Assembly: GCF_006345805.1 (NCBI RefSeq)
Contig: NC_042999.1
Coordinates: 28,086,001 to 28,150,000, forward strand
Reading direction: 5' to 3'
Source of the DNA: Octopus sinensis
Taxonomy: Eukaryota
DNA: 64,000 nt
Part shown: piece after piece, positions 12,343 to 26,014 of the stretch
Position numbering within the stretch: the first letter of the stretch is position 1
How the letters are laid out: every line of letters begins with the position of its first letter
Program-made: the position numbers and the translations under genes
The notes under the pieces: generated by a model
What the model saw: the letters and a program-made list of their open reading frames with translations, nothing else
Told to the model about the DNA's origin: nothing
Database searches by the model: none

Positions 12343-13707
12343 AAAAATATACTGTATGTGAATGAGAAACAGTATGTATTCAACAGGCGAGAAGTAACAG
12401 CCAAATCTCTCTGAAACAGTAGTTGTGAAGCAAACTTTTGATAGCATGACCAAATCGGCATTTTTTTCTACTGCTGGGAGTGTTAAGTAGATAAGAGATA
12501 AAGCAACCTTGGACATAACGCTCAGTTATTACAAGTCCCAGTTCTCACAGATGAGAAAAAAAAAAAATTGAATTCGGCACTACAAACTAACGAAAAACCC
12601 GTCAAATCCGCAACATTCGCGGTAATCACACCACACCTGATGGTCTTTATATCTATGCCTAAGTGCATTCAAGTGTTGTTTAACCTCAGCTAGACTACGA
12701 TTGAACAAATCTATAATCTTCCGTTTATTGCTTTAGTTGCCTATGTAATCGTAAGTAGACTCAGATACCCGCTCTATCCTACTACTCTTGATCGAGCAGA
12801 ATATCGTGGATGTAACTGGCGGAGGGAGAGTGGACCATATTAGCGCTAGGCAAGAACTCACCGTAGCTTAGTTGGCAGAATCAAAGTGAAATGAAGAGCA
12901 GCAGTCGAGGGCATAACACGCCACCCAGTTCAGTAACCGAACCCCTGACCAGATGGTGAATCCAACAACCTTACCACTAGGCCACGTGTCTTTACGCACG
13001 AAATAATAATTATTGTATATACTAATACTGTTTCCAATATAGCTATGTGGCCATGTGCCAATATAAGGAAGCGCAGTAGCAGTAACACCAGCAGCGGCAG
13101 CTGTGATGGTAGTAATAGAAGCTATAGCAGGGAAGAAGTAGCTGGTAGACCTCCAATATACTCCATCTAAGATCTAAGAAAGTTACAAACTCACTTGACA
13201 AATATACAAAAGAGTTATTTCTTTTTACTGCCTGTTTTCCATTATTTTTTGGAAGCAGTTCAACTTAATAATCGAGTCTTGATTTCATTTCAATAGTAAA
13301 CATATTCGTTTGACAAATTAACTCACACTAATCTTCCAGTTCCTTCTCACTGGTGACAACCAGAGGAAGTGAATTTATTTTCTTGATTTTAATCAATATT
13401 GCTTAAAGACTGCTGTTTCTGAGTTCTCTCAGTCTAAGAGGCCAGTCTAACACGTGACATATTCCTTCACACTTCACTCTAAACAAACAGGTTTCTGGTC
13501 AATCAGAGAGAATAACGATCAATGAGCAAGACTCAAGAAGATCGGTCGATATGTTAAAATAGCAGCCAACTTTTTCCCAAATCGCACCACGCAGTTTCGT
13601 GCTCAGTCAGACTGTGTGGCACCTTGGATATTTGTCTTCTACTATAATCATGGTCTGACAAATGCATTGTGAGTGGATTTGGTGTCGACAGAAACTGTGG
13701 AAGCATA

Positions 13708-14399
13708 TCTATTTATATATATAAAACTGAGAAAGTCTGTCTATCTGTCTGTCTGTATGTATGTGTAGATCACTAAACTCGAGAACTAGCCGACGGATGT
13801 CATTCGTATTTATATACGTTTGTATACTCTTTTACTCTTTTACTTGTTTCAGTCATTTGACTGCGGCCATGCTGGAGCACCGCCTTTTGAAAAATTGTAT
13901 TTATATACATATATATGTGTAACTACATGAGAGGATATATTTAGGTGGTTAGGGCAGCGGTCTCCTGGTCGTAGGATCGCGGTTTCGATTCCCAGACTGG
14001 GCGTTGTGATTGCTTATTGAGCGAAAACACCTAATGCTCCACGCGGCTGCGGCTGGGGATAGTGGCGATCCCTGCTGTACTCTTTCGCCACAACTTTCTC
14101 TCTTTCTTCTGTTGGTCTGTTCACTTAGCCAGCAGGGTGGCGTCATTTGAAGGCTAAAACAATGCGAAGCGCATTGTGACTAGCGATGTGTAGCAACATC
14201 TGATAGCCTGGTCGGTCACGGTGATCACGGTGATATAAATATATATGTATATGTGTGCATACATTTGTACATATATATGTACATATTTATAAAAGAGGTG
14301 AGAACCAAAATCCTTATACTTCATTTACTGTATATATATATATATATATATTTATCTATATATATGAATGTATATGTATATATATGTGTATATATATGA

Positions 14400-14452
<53 letters not shown>

Positions 14453-14542
14453 ATATATGAGCATATATATATATATGAGTATATATATATATATGTATAT
14501 ATATGTGTATATATATGAGTATATATATATATATATGTATAT

Positions 14543-14607
<65 letters not shown>

Positions 14608-14911
14608 ATATATATATGGATATACGTGTAGAAAGAAGACTGATGTATACATGTATATATTTGTGCGTATGTGTGTCTGTGTTTTTACTCCACCATTGTT
14701 TGACAAACGCTTTGTTTACGTTCCACATAATTTAGCAGTTCGGCAAAAGACACTGATAGGATAAGTACTAGGTTTACAAAAATAAATCCTGTGGACGACT
14801 CTTTAGACCAAAGATGTGCTCCAGAATGGCCGGAGTCACATGACTGAAAGAAGTAAAACAATAAAAAACTATGCTACTTTAAACCCGAGCAAGGCCGGGT
14901 ATCTCTGCTAG
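13708..14911 (+). mobile_element. Probable non-autonomous Helitron with nested SINEs and microsatellites
   Basis: 5' a|TCtatttatatatataaaac followed by (gtct)n; 3' hairpin cccgagcaaggccggg then CTAG|t. Linkage of the two ends is inferred. Confidence 0.5.
13945..14235 (+). mobile_element. Family B SINE, tail type 2
   Basis: Head and central block as in the other family B copies; distinct 3' tail ending in ggtcacggtgatcacggtgat. Confidence 0.82.
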
Positions 14912-14924
14912 TATATATATGTAT

Positions 14925-15805
14925 AGCTGAAATTTACAGAAAAACAAAAGACGAACACAGGTGTATTAGTTTGACGCTCGCAAAGACGAGAAAGTCCTTT
15001 GCGTTTCGAGCTTACGCTCTTCAACAGAAAAGAACACGAAGAAATAAACAGAGAGAAAAAATACTCGTAGAATTAGCGGTCAATCATAGCGACTGTTTGG
15101 ACAAAGGTAGTTAGACAGGATAGCTAGGAAAAATGGAAGATAAAGTACTGGTGATCCCAAAACGAAAGTGCGCGTATATGTGTATGTGAGAGTGTGTGCG
15201 AGTGGATACGGGTTCGTGACTTTGACGTGTGGATGTGTGCGTCTGTAATGTGTGTGTGTGTGGATGATGGTGTGGGTGCTGGGACGTGGTCAGTGCTAGT
15301 GTGTACGGAGTGGTGTGGGTCGATGTGGTGTGGTGTAGTGTGGTGGTGTGGTGGTGTGTGGTGTGGCGGTTTTGGGTGATGATGTGGGGTTAGGGATGGG
15401 GTATGTGGGAGTAGGATGTGTGGGGTGTGTGTGGATGGAGGTGAATACATATGTATATATTTATATCTTTGTGTGTATATATATACTCGCAAAGATATAT
15501 ATCTTGTAGTTGAATGTAGTTGAAATTTACAGAAAAGCAAAAGACTAAGACAGGTGTATAAACAACAAACAGGTGTATTATTTTAACGCTCGGGAAGGTG
15601 AGAAAGTCTTTTACGCTTCGACCCTATGTTCTTCAACAGAAAGGAACACGAGGAAATAAACAGAGAAAGAATAAAAGAAGCTTTTGGGGAATAAAAAAAG
15701 CTTTTGGATCATAGCAGCTGGCTGGACAGAGGTAATTAGAAAGGAGAGTTAGGAAGAAGGGGAGATAATAAAGTATTGGTGATCCCAAAGCGAAGCTGGC
15801 GTGCG
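14925..15805. repeat. Two diverged copies (~14925-15175 and ~15510-15805) of a Penelope-terminus-like repeat
   Basis: Shared blocks gaaatttacagaaaa, tcttcaacagaaa..aacacg..gaaataaacagaga and ggtgatcccaaa; each has a hammerhead-like variant on the minus strand. Confidence 0.65.
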
Positions 15806-15899
15806 TGTGTATGCGAGAGTTTTAATATCTGGTTGACCCTCCTTAAGCATCAATTACCACTTTTATACTGTACTGTACATATGTAACCAATTATGAGTA

Positions 15900-16423
15900 A
15901 GACCAACGTCCAAAATTAACTTGTGTTTCCTTGATTATTTCAGAGTTTTATGCTAAAATATGTTGTAGATACAGATAATAAACTGTAAAATGCCTAAAAC
16001 AAGGGATGTGAGTGTGAGCGAGGTCAAATCGTAACTCATCATGAAGATGGAATATCTCAAAGGCAAATTGCTCAGAAGATGAAATGTTCTCGATGTGCGG
16101 TGCAAACGACTCTCGAGCACTTCAGAAAGACAAAAGATGTGAGTGAAGCTATCAGGAACACATCAATTAAAAATAAAGAGCATTTGTACCAAATGTTGAG
16201 AGAAGTATGGAGTAAACTTGCACCCAGTACCTGCAAGAAACTAGCTGATTCAATGCCTATCCGTATGAAAGCGGTAATTAATGCTAAAGAAGGCCCAACC
16301 AGATATCAAAACTAATGTATATTTTGAAATATACCATAATCTACTATGTGCACGAGTTTCTTTAACATTGAGATAGCAGTACCCCAAAACATTGGGTTGC
16401 CCTAATACTTTTGGCCAAGGCTG
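15900..16423 (+). pseudogene. Tc1 transposon remnant, internally deleted, one TIR
   Basis: From the ATG at 15990: MPKTRDVS..GQIVTHHEDGISQRQIAQKMKCSRCAVQ (paired-type HTH), fused to the C-terminus CKKLADSMPIRMKAVINAKEGPTRY. Right end ccctaatacttttggccaaggctg|TA. Confidence 0.85.
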
Positions 16424-16432
16424 TATATATAT

Positions 16433-16505
<73 letters not shown>

Positions 16506-16565
16506 TGTATGTATGTATGTATGTATGTATGTATGTATGTATGTATATATATATATGTATGTATA

Positions 16566-16604
<39 letters not shown>

Positions 16605-16815
16605 CATATAAATATATATATACATATACATACACACACACATATATATACATACATACACACACGAACATATATACACACTCACATATATACATACATA
16701 TACGTATACATACATACACATACACATGCGTATGCATACATACACATATATGTACATATACGTACACACATATATACACATACTGACATACACAAACATA
16801 TATATACTCACATAT
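16424..16815. repeat. Compound (TA)n/(TATG)n/(CA)n microsatellite
   Basis: Direct read. Confidence 0.95.
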
Positions 16816-17084
16816 ATTAGTATTGTATGTTGTGATGATAAGAGACTATCTTTGACATAAAAAGGGTTTCAATTGGTATGTGTTTGAAATATAATGAAGT
16901 GAATTTTGATGATTGTGGATTGCATTTACTCGATTGTTTCATCCGTTAAAATGCTTTTGTTGTTTCTTAATTGTAATTGATGTAAGATTGAATAATTAAC
17001 GCTCACGCTCTTAGCACAGACATTTGAATCAATTTTTATAATCCAGCCGGCCTTTCGACATAGGATTTCGTTTTTCTGAACCGA

Positions 17085-17395
17085 TTGACCTTGAAGTGAC
17101 TATATATATAATGGAACTGTGATTATGTATATCAGAAAAAATATATATAAGTAGAAACAATTTATTGGCCTTTTATGGTTTTTATAATTATTTATATAAT
17201 ATTATGTTATATATCATATTCATAGTATTTAACGTAATATTGTAATATAAATAGATTGTTGAATGTCAGTAGAATATCTCTATACTTAATTTAACTTTAT
17301 TATTGAATTATATCAATATTTATATGGTATTCAACTGAAGTAGCAGTGAATTGGATGTTTAACACACCCCTTTGAAGGATTTTTTCCCCTCAGCT
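17085..17395 (+). repeat. Dispersed ~310-bp repeat, copy 1 (copy 2 at 30735-31050)
   Basis: tgaagtgactatatatataatggaactgtgattatg...gaaggattt.....cctcagc is present at both sites in the same orientation. Confidence 0.88.
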
Positions 17396-17646
17396 TTTTA
17401 CTATATATATATATATATACACTTACGTACGTACATACATACATATACATATACACATACACACACATATGTGTTTGTGTCTGTGTGTATGCCTATGTGT
17501 GCACTTACCATGCGTTCGTTTACTATTTTACCTACTTATGCAATCACGAGTAGAGCAAGCGTGTGCCTGCCTGTTTTTCTTTCGATTTTCTTCCTTTCTC
17601 GCTTTCTGTGTCTCTCTCACTTTCTGTATATGTATTATATATATAT

Positions 17647-17765
<119 letters not shown>

Positions 17766-17980
17766 CTCAAAGTAAGCAACAAGAATATCTTCGGTAATTT
17801 GGTACGATCGTTTCACGCTACATCATTTTATTAAACATTGTAAGTATTACATCAGTTTTTAAATGTTGATGATTGCTCAACATTTTAAAACTGATGTAAT
17901 ACTTACAATGTTTAATAAAATGATGTAGCGTGAAACGATCGTACCGAATTACCGAAGATAGTCTTGTTTCTTACTTTGAG
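17766..17980. mobile_element. 215-bp fold-back element (104-bp arms, 7-nt loop) inside (TA)n
   Basis: Arms 17766-17869 and 17877-17980 are reverse complements with 4 mismatches. Confidence 0.9.
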
Positions 17981-18014
<34 letters not shown>

Positions 18015-18619
18015 ATATATATATATTGTCATTAATCCAAACATGTGAGGAATTGGAGAAATGAAGCGGAAAATTCAGAGAATTTATTAGAACTTTATTG
18101 TATTTAAAATTTAGGAATATACTTTACCCCTTAAGCATTAGATTGTCGAAAGTGTATAGCATATGGAGGTGAGTCACGAATTATGTCTATTCCGGACGTT
18201 GTTATGAAATATTTTGTTTTTAAAGTATGGATGTGTCTCAGAACATTATCCGTTAACATACAGAGATCACATAAGAACTTTTTTCTCCATTCAATTTATC
18301 ATATGACGGTTAGAAAAAATGATATGTATAAGAGATATAATATGTATTTACATAAAAAGTGTTATAGATAAATATTGCTTATTATTCTGTCGATGAGTAG
18401 TGATATGAATTAATGGTATTTTCTTCCCATTAAACATATTAAAACACACCTCTTCTTTGTTTACAAGAAGTGGGATAAGATAAAGAGGTGTGGAACAAAT
18501 AAGATAGTTGATAGCTGCTACATGTATTTAGCTTCCTTAAGAATGAGGCTAAATCAACATTCTACGATAATAAAGGCACAGGAAAAGAATAATCATACTA
18601 CTGTTTTTTTAAAAATAGC

Positions 18620-19138
18620 CTGTTCACTAGTGGTTTATACTTTTACAAAACGAACTTTCCTTATTCATTTTTAGTTTGGTCTGCAGAATTGTCTGCACAT
18701 TAGTGTTATGGGAAAAGAAGACTTTGTTTCCGCGCATGTGCCCAGATGCTTACTGAGTGGAATTTGTCTAGTTTTGGGATCACGTATTTGTTGAGGGTGA
18801 ACATCACTCTCATTCTGAAAGTGAGTTTCGCTTGTCCATTGTTGTCCTCCCTGCATCCATTGAATTTGAGCATGTACTAAATTTTATGAAGAACAAGTAA
18901 AACGTTTTTTCACAATAAAAAAAACTTGTCCTGATTGAAATTTATAAGTAGTGTCCTCAATAAAGTTCTCACAATTTCCACAATTGGATCGGCCACAGCT
19001 TTTAACTGTGGAGTTGAGTCCGCAGTTTACATTCTTTCCCATTGGTAAGTAATATTTTTGAGCTTGGTTGCCTTTTGCCTTAGATTATTTTTTATGATTC
19101 AAGTGTCTTTTTCACTCTTGGGTCTTGGCTCAATAACC
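18620..19138 (-). pseudogene. Penelope-like element (Neptune-type) C-terminal fragment: Cys linker plus decayed GIY-YIG endonuclease
   Basis: Across frameshifts: SQDPRVKKTLES.KII.GKRQP / VKSCGRSNCGNCENFIE..YKFQSGQVF..FTCSS.NLV / ET...VHPQQIRDPKTRQIPLSKHLGTC. Confidence 0.75.
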
Positions 19139-19297
19139 ACACACACACACACACATACAAACAGAGTCTCACGCAGACACATATCGATCTCACTCCATAA
19201 ATGATAGTTATTTTTCGACTAGAAACCTGAACGTAAAAGAAACAAATCTAAATACCGTAAGTCATTTAATACTAGAATAAACAGATAGTGACATCCG

Positions 19298-19458
19298 AAC
19301 ACCACCACCACCACCACCACCACAACTACTACCGCCACCACCATAATCAACAACAACATCACTCCCACTCGCGGCCGCAGCTTTTGCTGCAACTACTACT
19401 ACTACTACTACTGCTGCTGCTACTACTACTACTACTACTGCTGCTGCTACTACTACTA

Positions 19459-19538
<80 letters not shown>

Positions 19539-19549
19539 ACTACTACTAT

Positions 19550-19619
<70 letters not shown>

Positions 19620-19622
19620 AGT
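19298..19622. repeat. Compound (CAC)n/(CTA)n/(CTG)n trinucleotide repeat
   Basis: Direct read; source of the poly-H, poly-L and poly-V ORFs. Confidence 0.95.
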
Positions 19623-22224
19623 AGCATTGACGATGTCGACAATAATGTTTTCCGCCTACGACAGAAATGTCGACTGAAGATGTTTTAATTATTTTTTTCC
19701 CAGTTTTACATCTTTTCCATTTGCTAATCGGTATGAAATTTAGAAATTACTGAAAGTGAGATGATCTCATAAATCCGAATTAAAATAAATAGAAACACAA
19801 CAATGTCAATCCGAACTAAAAGAAATTTTTTTTTTTAAATGATACAAAACGAAACAAAACAAGAACAATCAAAATTGAATATTAAAATATAGTCAAAATG
19901 CACGCACACGCACACACACAAATTTACACAAATGATAAATGATGTCAAGGAAATGTGGATGGAACCCTCGGTGCATGTTTTAGAGATTATGGTTTATCGA
20001 AACTTTACTATTTGTCTTTCACAAACATCGTAATTTCAATCCTCACACTCTCTCTAACATACACACACTTGCTCAAGAACGCAGCGCGCCGCCCGGAATC
20101 GTACTCATGGGCCGAATACCCCTAACCACGGAGCCACGCATCTTCACTCTCTTAACCGTAGACGAAAGGAGTGAAGCGATTGAGACAGAAAAAGGAAAGC
20201 CTCAGTCATTTAAAATGTCAATTAGACTGAAGTACAGTCGTTCTTTTCTAGCTTCTTTACTTTTAACAAAGAAGAAGAGAGAAATACATTTAGTAATAAA
20301 TAGAGGTTTTTACGTTTTCATTCTGGGAATTCTAACACGATCGACTATTTGTTTTCTCTTCTTCCCTTCACCCCGGTACTTAATCGCCTTCTTACATAGC
20401 TCTTCATGTCTTTGAGCTTGGGGGGGGGGAGATCATGTCTTTTTTTCAGGCACGTCTAACGTTTCCTCTACAAACTACAAACAAACCCTTCTACCTTCCT
20501 TTTTTTCTCATACAAAAACAAATGCAAATTTCAAACGGATTATAGCTGTGAAAAAGCCCAGAAAATGGGTAATGCCTCTTACAAAATGGGTGAGAGAGAA
20601 AAGTGTGTGTGTGTGTGTATTTGTGTGTCCCCTCTCCCATCGCTTGACAACCGATGTTAGTTGTTAGTGTGCTGCGTCCCCGTAACTTAGCTGTTCGGCA
20701 GAAGAGACTGACAGAATTAGCACCAGACTTGAAGGAATGTCTAGGGGTCGATTTCTTCGACTAAAGTGTGGTGATCAGTATAGCCACAGTCAAATGACTG
20801 AAACAAATATATATACAAATAAAGGAAAGAATCTGAAACTGCAGGAGTTTGTTTCTAAAAGAATTTAACTTAACCAGTTTCACTTATTTAAAAAGATTTC
20901 CAAAAGTAAATTGTGAAGTTTTGTGTATCCTCTGTGGTGTCAAAAATTAGTTTACAAAAATGTATTCAAATCAAGCGATAGAGTCTTTGGCAATGATAAG
21001 AAAAATTTTGAGGCCTTGTGTATCCTTTGTGATGAGTCAAGAAATAATTTACATAAAAATATTCAGATCAGGTAATAAACATTTTTTAAATAATAATAAT
21101 AAGAAAAAAATTAGTTTACATGAATATATCTCGAGCAAGTAATAGTCTTTGACAAGAAGATAAAATATGTAATTCCTCTGTAGTGAGTGAAATAGTTTAC
21201 ATAAAACATTGAGATCAGGTAATAATTTTTTTTACAATGATAAGGTGAAAATTAGTTTACATGAAAACATCCCGATCAAGTAATAGAGTCTTCGATAAGA
21301 AGATAAAATATGTAACTGACCATTTGAAGTTCTCGGCTCTGGCTTTTCAGGGTCTTCCATCTGGCTGGAATGTGGCAGTTATAAAAAGAATTGCCGGATG
21401 ACATTGGAATTTTGTGGATGTATCATTAATATATATCATTTTCAGATAAAAGGAAGATTTTATACAGAAGAATTCCAACTCTGTTTATAACTGCCAAACT
21501 CCCGCCAGATGCAGGACATATAAACATACTCGAAACCTTCTTATCAATCGTCAACTACATTGTTACCTGTGACTATCAGCCACCTTACACTATTTTTACA
21601 CCTGAAAACGAATATTGGATGACAATAGCATTTAAGAGATATATCATTACAATTTATCAGTTTTAGATAAAAGGAAGAATTGCAACTCTATTTATGACTG
21701 CCAAACTCCAGAATTATTTTGTCTCTTCCTCGTTAGGTAGTATTTCCACTCTAACATCTCTATTTAGTTCCTTGTAAAATCTATTTTGATGTTTTTCAAA
21801 CACCTTGTTTTGTCTAACCTGTTCAGTTCTGTTATCGTATCATTTGATTTTGGCAACTTTCGTTTTTATCCTTTGTCTTACTTATTTTACTACACTTCTC
21901 TGTCTTCGCTGTTATCAGTTCCACCTCATTTATGCCGTTGTTCAATACATTTATATTTGACATTTTCACTCATGCGGAGGGTTGTGGTGATCAAGTAACA
22001 CAACCAACGGTGTCGTTTTTTTTCTTGAGATACTATCTCTAGCGTGGTTGTCGACCAAAGAGCCACTCCACCTTACAGGAACTATATCTTGTCCAACGGT
22101 GACCTGAAGGTAGTTATGAGTAAGGGTAACCTCATTATTCCCACGTGGAGACCGCACAACCGTATGCAGATTCACGTCGTATCCAGGACGTGTTTTTCGC
22201 GGCTCCTGTGGCCAATGAAGGAGG

Positions 22225-22225
22225 A

Positions 22226-22276
<51 letters not shown>

Positions 22277-22304
22277 GTTATTATTATTATTGTTGTTGTT
22301 GTTG

Positions 22305-22360
<56 letters not shown>

Positions 22361-22390
22361 GTTATTATTAATATTATTATTATTATTCCT
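22225..22390. repeat. (TTA)n microsatellite at the 3' end of a Dong-like LINE
   Basis: Direct read. Confidence 0.95.
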
Positions 22391-25300
22391 CATTCATAAA
22401 ACAGTGTAGATAAAAATGCACCGGAGTCTTTAGTCATCTATCAAGTCACAAGGACCTCAAAAATTTTCCTTAAGATGTGCGCTGTGCCCAATAAGGCTGT
22501 TTTTTGCAAGTCATCAATCTTGCATGGGATTTCCAGTCGCCTTAAGAAGACTTGAAGTTTTAATGGCTTTGAGCCCAACGCTCCGATCACCACTGGTATC
22601 AGTTTTACATCACCCTCTCGCATTCCATACAATCTTGCCATTTTCATTTTCAATTCGGAGTACTTGGAGAATTTTTCAGCCTCTTTACTTACGGCATTCA
22701 TGTCATTTGGTATGGCTACATCAATGATCTGACATTATTTGCCTCTCTGATTCAATATGACAATATCCTGCCAAGGGTGTTCGATTACACGATCCGTCTG
22801 AAAATCATTGTCCCAGAGTATCGTTATTTTCCCATTCTCCTGCATAGCTTTTACTTGGTACATGACCATACCAGTTCTCTGTTACTTCATATTCGTATTT
22901 ACTGCATAAGAGCCAACGAAGATACACAAACATTGCATCGTGGCGGCACTTGTATTTTTTTGTGCAAGGCTCTCACATCTGCTTACCAAATGGGTCATAT
23001 TTTCCACACTATTTCCAGAGTCTGTATTTCTGGGTGTCAGACGTTTTATAGATGTTATACTTCACTGAATTGGTTGCGAGATGATCAGGCTTTCAGTGGT
23101 ACGCTTCAAATCAGTTCGCTCAAACCATGCCCATGATGCTGTATCATCATTAACGTCTTGTGTATTCCTTTCAAACTTTCCATGCATTCTCATTTCAAGA
23201 AGGTCTTCTTTTCTCTTCTCTTCAGCTCTTTAGTTAAACTCGTCTTTGACCATCATTTCATCTGCATTTACACCCATATCTTTTGCGGCATATTGCAGCA
23301 GGTCTTCATCACTATTTATCAAAGATTCGGCTAGCGTTCTCTTGGCTTTGGTTTTTATGAGTCCCTCTTTTGTTTGGAGCTGTAGTCCTGTATGCCATTT
23401 TCCATAAAGTATCTTATAAATCTTATGATTATTGGTGCTACCTTGTTTATGGCTAGTGTTTCTAGGATCCATGTGTGGGGGATGCTGTTAAAAGCCTTTC
23501 GGTAGTCGGTCCAGGCCATACCTAGGCCTTTCTTCTTTCTGCGGCTGTCTTCAGTTATGGCTTTATTGATCACTAGCAGTATCGCCCGGCGTTGCACGGG
23601 TTTGTAAGGGAAATAACTATATAAGCATTTTTAGAGAGTTACTTCCCTTATAGATGCCAATTCGGGCTTTCTTAGCCATTTCTGTTTTGGTGTCTTCAAG
23701 CCATGAAGTCGTTGTTCTAAAAGAACGCTGGTCTTCTTGACAACGCTTTACGACGTTGATTTCCTTACACTCCCTTCCCCACAGCTTCACGAGGGAGGGA
23801 AGAAGGGGGAAAAGCAACACAGGTGCAGGTGTGACCATGGACGCCAACTCCGCCGCCATCGACACACGAAAAATTATGCATTAAAATGGAATAAAAAATG
23901 ATGTTAAATTATTTTTAAAATCGTAGACTCATCGTAGACGCGCGCTAATAGCCAGATGGGCTCGATATGAATCACGACTATAAGATACCCGAATTTGGTT
24001 AAACTGCACCGCAAAATGTGGGAGTAGTTAGGAATCTAAATCGAAGGGGACAGACACTCATACAACTACAGTTTTTTATATATAGATTAGTTGATCTTTA
24101 CAGCCGTATGGCCCTTACAGCACCCCTTCTGCTCTTCAGGAAACAGACTGTTTTCTTTCAGATGCCTGCTCAATCTTTGCAATAATATTGCAGTAAAGGC
24201 TTTGTAAATTGTAGGGAGACAGGTTTTTGGTCTGTAGCTTTGTGAGCTTGCCGTTTCAGTGGATCTGGGAATTAGGATAGGTTTCCCTTTCGTGAGCCAT
24301 TCGGGCATTGTTTCTGGCTCTGCTAGTTTTCAGCCAGATTTTTGTGTGTTGCTGTCTGATATTTTAACCAGTAGTTGGGGATCTTGTCGTGCCCAGGTGC
24401 CTTCCAGCTGCTTAGTTTTTGCAGTGCCTGGGTGACCTCTTCAGTTGTTATAGGAGTCCAGAGTTGTTCAGGTGCTAATTTCGTTGTTTTAATAGTCTTT
24501 TTCTGAGGTTGTTCCTTCGCCGACCACATTTATTCCCAAAATTCTTCCACTTCTTTTGCTGCTGGTGCTGCAATGATGTCTATTTCAATTTTGCCAAGTT
24601 CTCGGTAAATATTTTTGGGGTTGGAGTTGAACTATTTGTTTTGTTCAGAGAAACGTTGGTGTTTCTCATACCGGCGGATCCTTTGTGCTTTGGCAAGGAT
24701 ATCTTGCTTTAGCTTTTCTTTTATCTCAGCTAAATTTTTTTCTGTAATGTTGTATTTGCGCAGAATTTTTGTTGCCTTCTTGTTGCTTAGTAGTGTTGAT
24801 TGTCTACTAATTTCGTCAAGAACTGACAGATCTTTTCTCTTTTTTCTTTTTTTTTTGGATATTATTTATCCACGGTTTTTTTGAGGGTGGTGGTATTCTT
24901 GTTTGGATGGGTTTGAGGGAGTATCCAGCTTCATTTTGTGGCTGCAGTGGCCGCTGCATCCATTTTGTCATTTAGCTAGGTGATATTGACATTTGTTTCT
25001 TTGGCTATTAGTTCCGTGACGGCCAGGTTCATGCTATTTAATATTCATGTTTTTTTTTCTATTTTGATTTTTGGTAGGTATAATTGGTGTTCCATTCTGA
25101 GATCTGTGGTTTTCAGTTCTTTGATTATTCTCATTTTTATAGTATCATAATCATTAGGTTCCCCTTCACTGTTTCCAGGTTTTAGATTTGTTTTGCCCTC
25201 CTCATTCATATGATTGTCTGTGGTGTTCTGGATTGGTGCTTTTTGTACATTATTATACATTGCTACGGTTTGGGTTTGTTGTCTTTTGTTGTTTACTTCG

Positions 25301-25950
25301 TTTTTGTTGGAAATGTTACGTCTGTCTTTGTGATTTACTATCTCAGTGTTTATATTATTTGGCATTGCTTTGTGGTTACTATCTACATTTTTCTGATGTA
25401 ATTTTTCCTATCAAATGTTCTATTTCTATTTCTGATATTTGTTTTGTTTTGAAAATATATCTTCGTATGTTAGCTAGTTTATTAGGGTTCATTGCTTTTT
25501 CCAAGTCTTTGTTTAGGTTATTTTTCTTCCAGATTTTATATGTATATGTTGTTGTGTTTTCGTTTTTTGGGTAGAGAACTGCTGTAAAATAAGCGTGTAG
25601 GATTGAAATATATTCCTTACGTGTCCATTTATGCCGTTTTGGTATTATTTGCAGGACATGAGGGACAACGACCGGCCCTTTATTTTGACGGTCACCATTT
25701 TCATAGGGTACCGGTCCGTTCATTTATGTTAAATTGTTTTGCACGTGTAGCTTTCCGTACATTTTGTATAACAAGTTTAAAGTACGCACCTCCCGATTGT
25801 TATTCTTGGGTTGAATAGTACGGTATTATTTAATTTATTTGTAATCTTTTAGTACATTGTGTTTGAGATCGGAAATGGACTGGTGTTGATTGATTGTAGT
25901 GTGTCGAGCGTGTTTACATGTACTGTGCGATCGACTAGTCCCCTCCCCGG
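22390..25950 (-). mobile_element. Near full-length decayed R4/Dong-clade RLE non-LTR retrotransposon (lineage 2), with internal deletion and Helitron insertion
   Basis: N-terminus RHKWTRKEYISILHAYF...NKLANIRRYI (from 25723); RT motifs WKAPGHDKIPNYWLK, YRPKTCLPTIYK, EEQKGC, AWTDYRKAFNSIPHTWI; RLE C-terminus IDVAIP..KFSKY..IPVVIGALG..LQKTALLGTAHILRK; 3' end runs into (AAT)n. Confidence 0.92.
23573..24086 (-). mobile_element. Non-autonomous Helitron, copy 1 (514 bp)
   Basis: Minus strand A|TCtatatataaa...cccgtgcaacgccggg...CTAG|T with no TSD. Removing it rejoins the LINE frame as KDQL-MINKAI. Confidence 0.88.
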
Positions 25951-25952
25951 CG

Positions 25953-25988
<36 letters not shown>

Positions 25989-26014
25989 TAATAATAATAA
26001 TTATTATTATTATT

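Noticed and set aside
19262-19677. His/Ala/Thr-rich transcription-factor-like exon
   Set aside because: Entirely trinucleotide repeat with short unrecognisable flanks and no splice or domain support.
20943-21320. Degenerate ~140-165-bp tandem repeat (aattagtttacat...)
   Set aside because: Real but too decayed to assign; no feature call made.
21970-22225. GC-rich segment left of the TTA tract, a possible retroelement end
   Set aside because: No second copy or motif in the window to define it.
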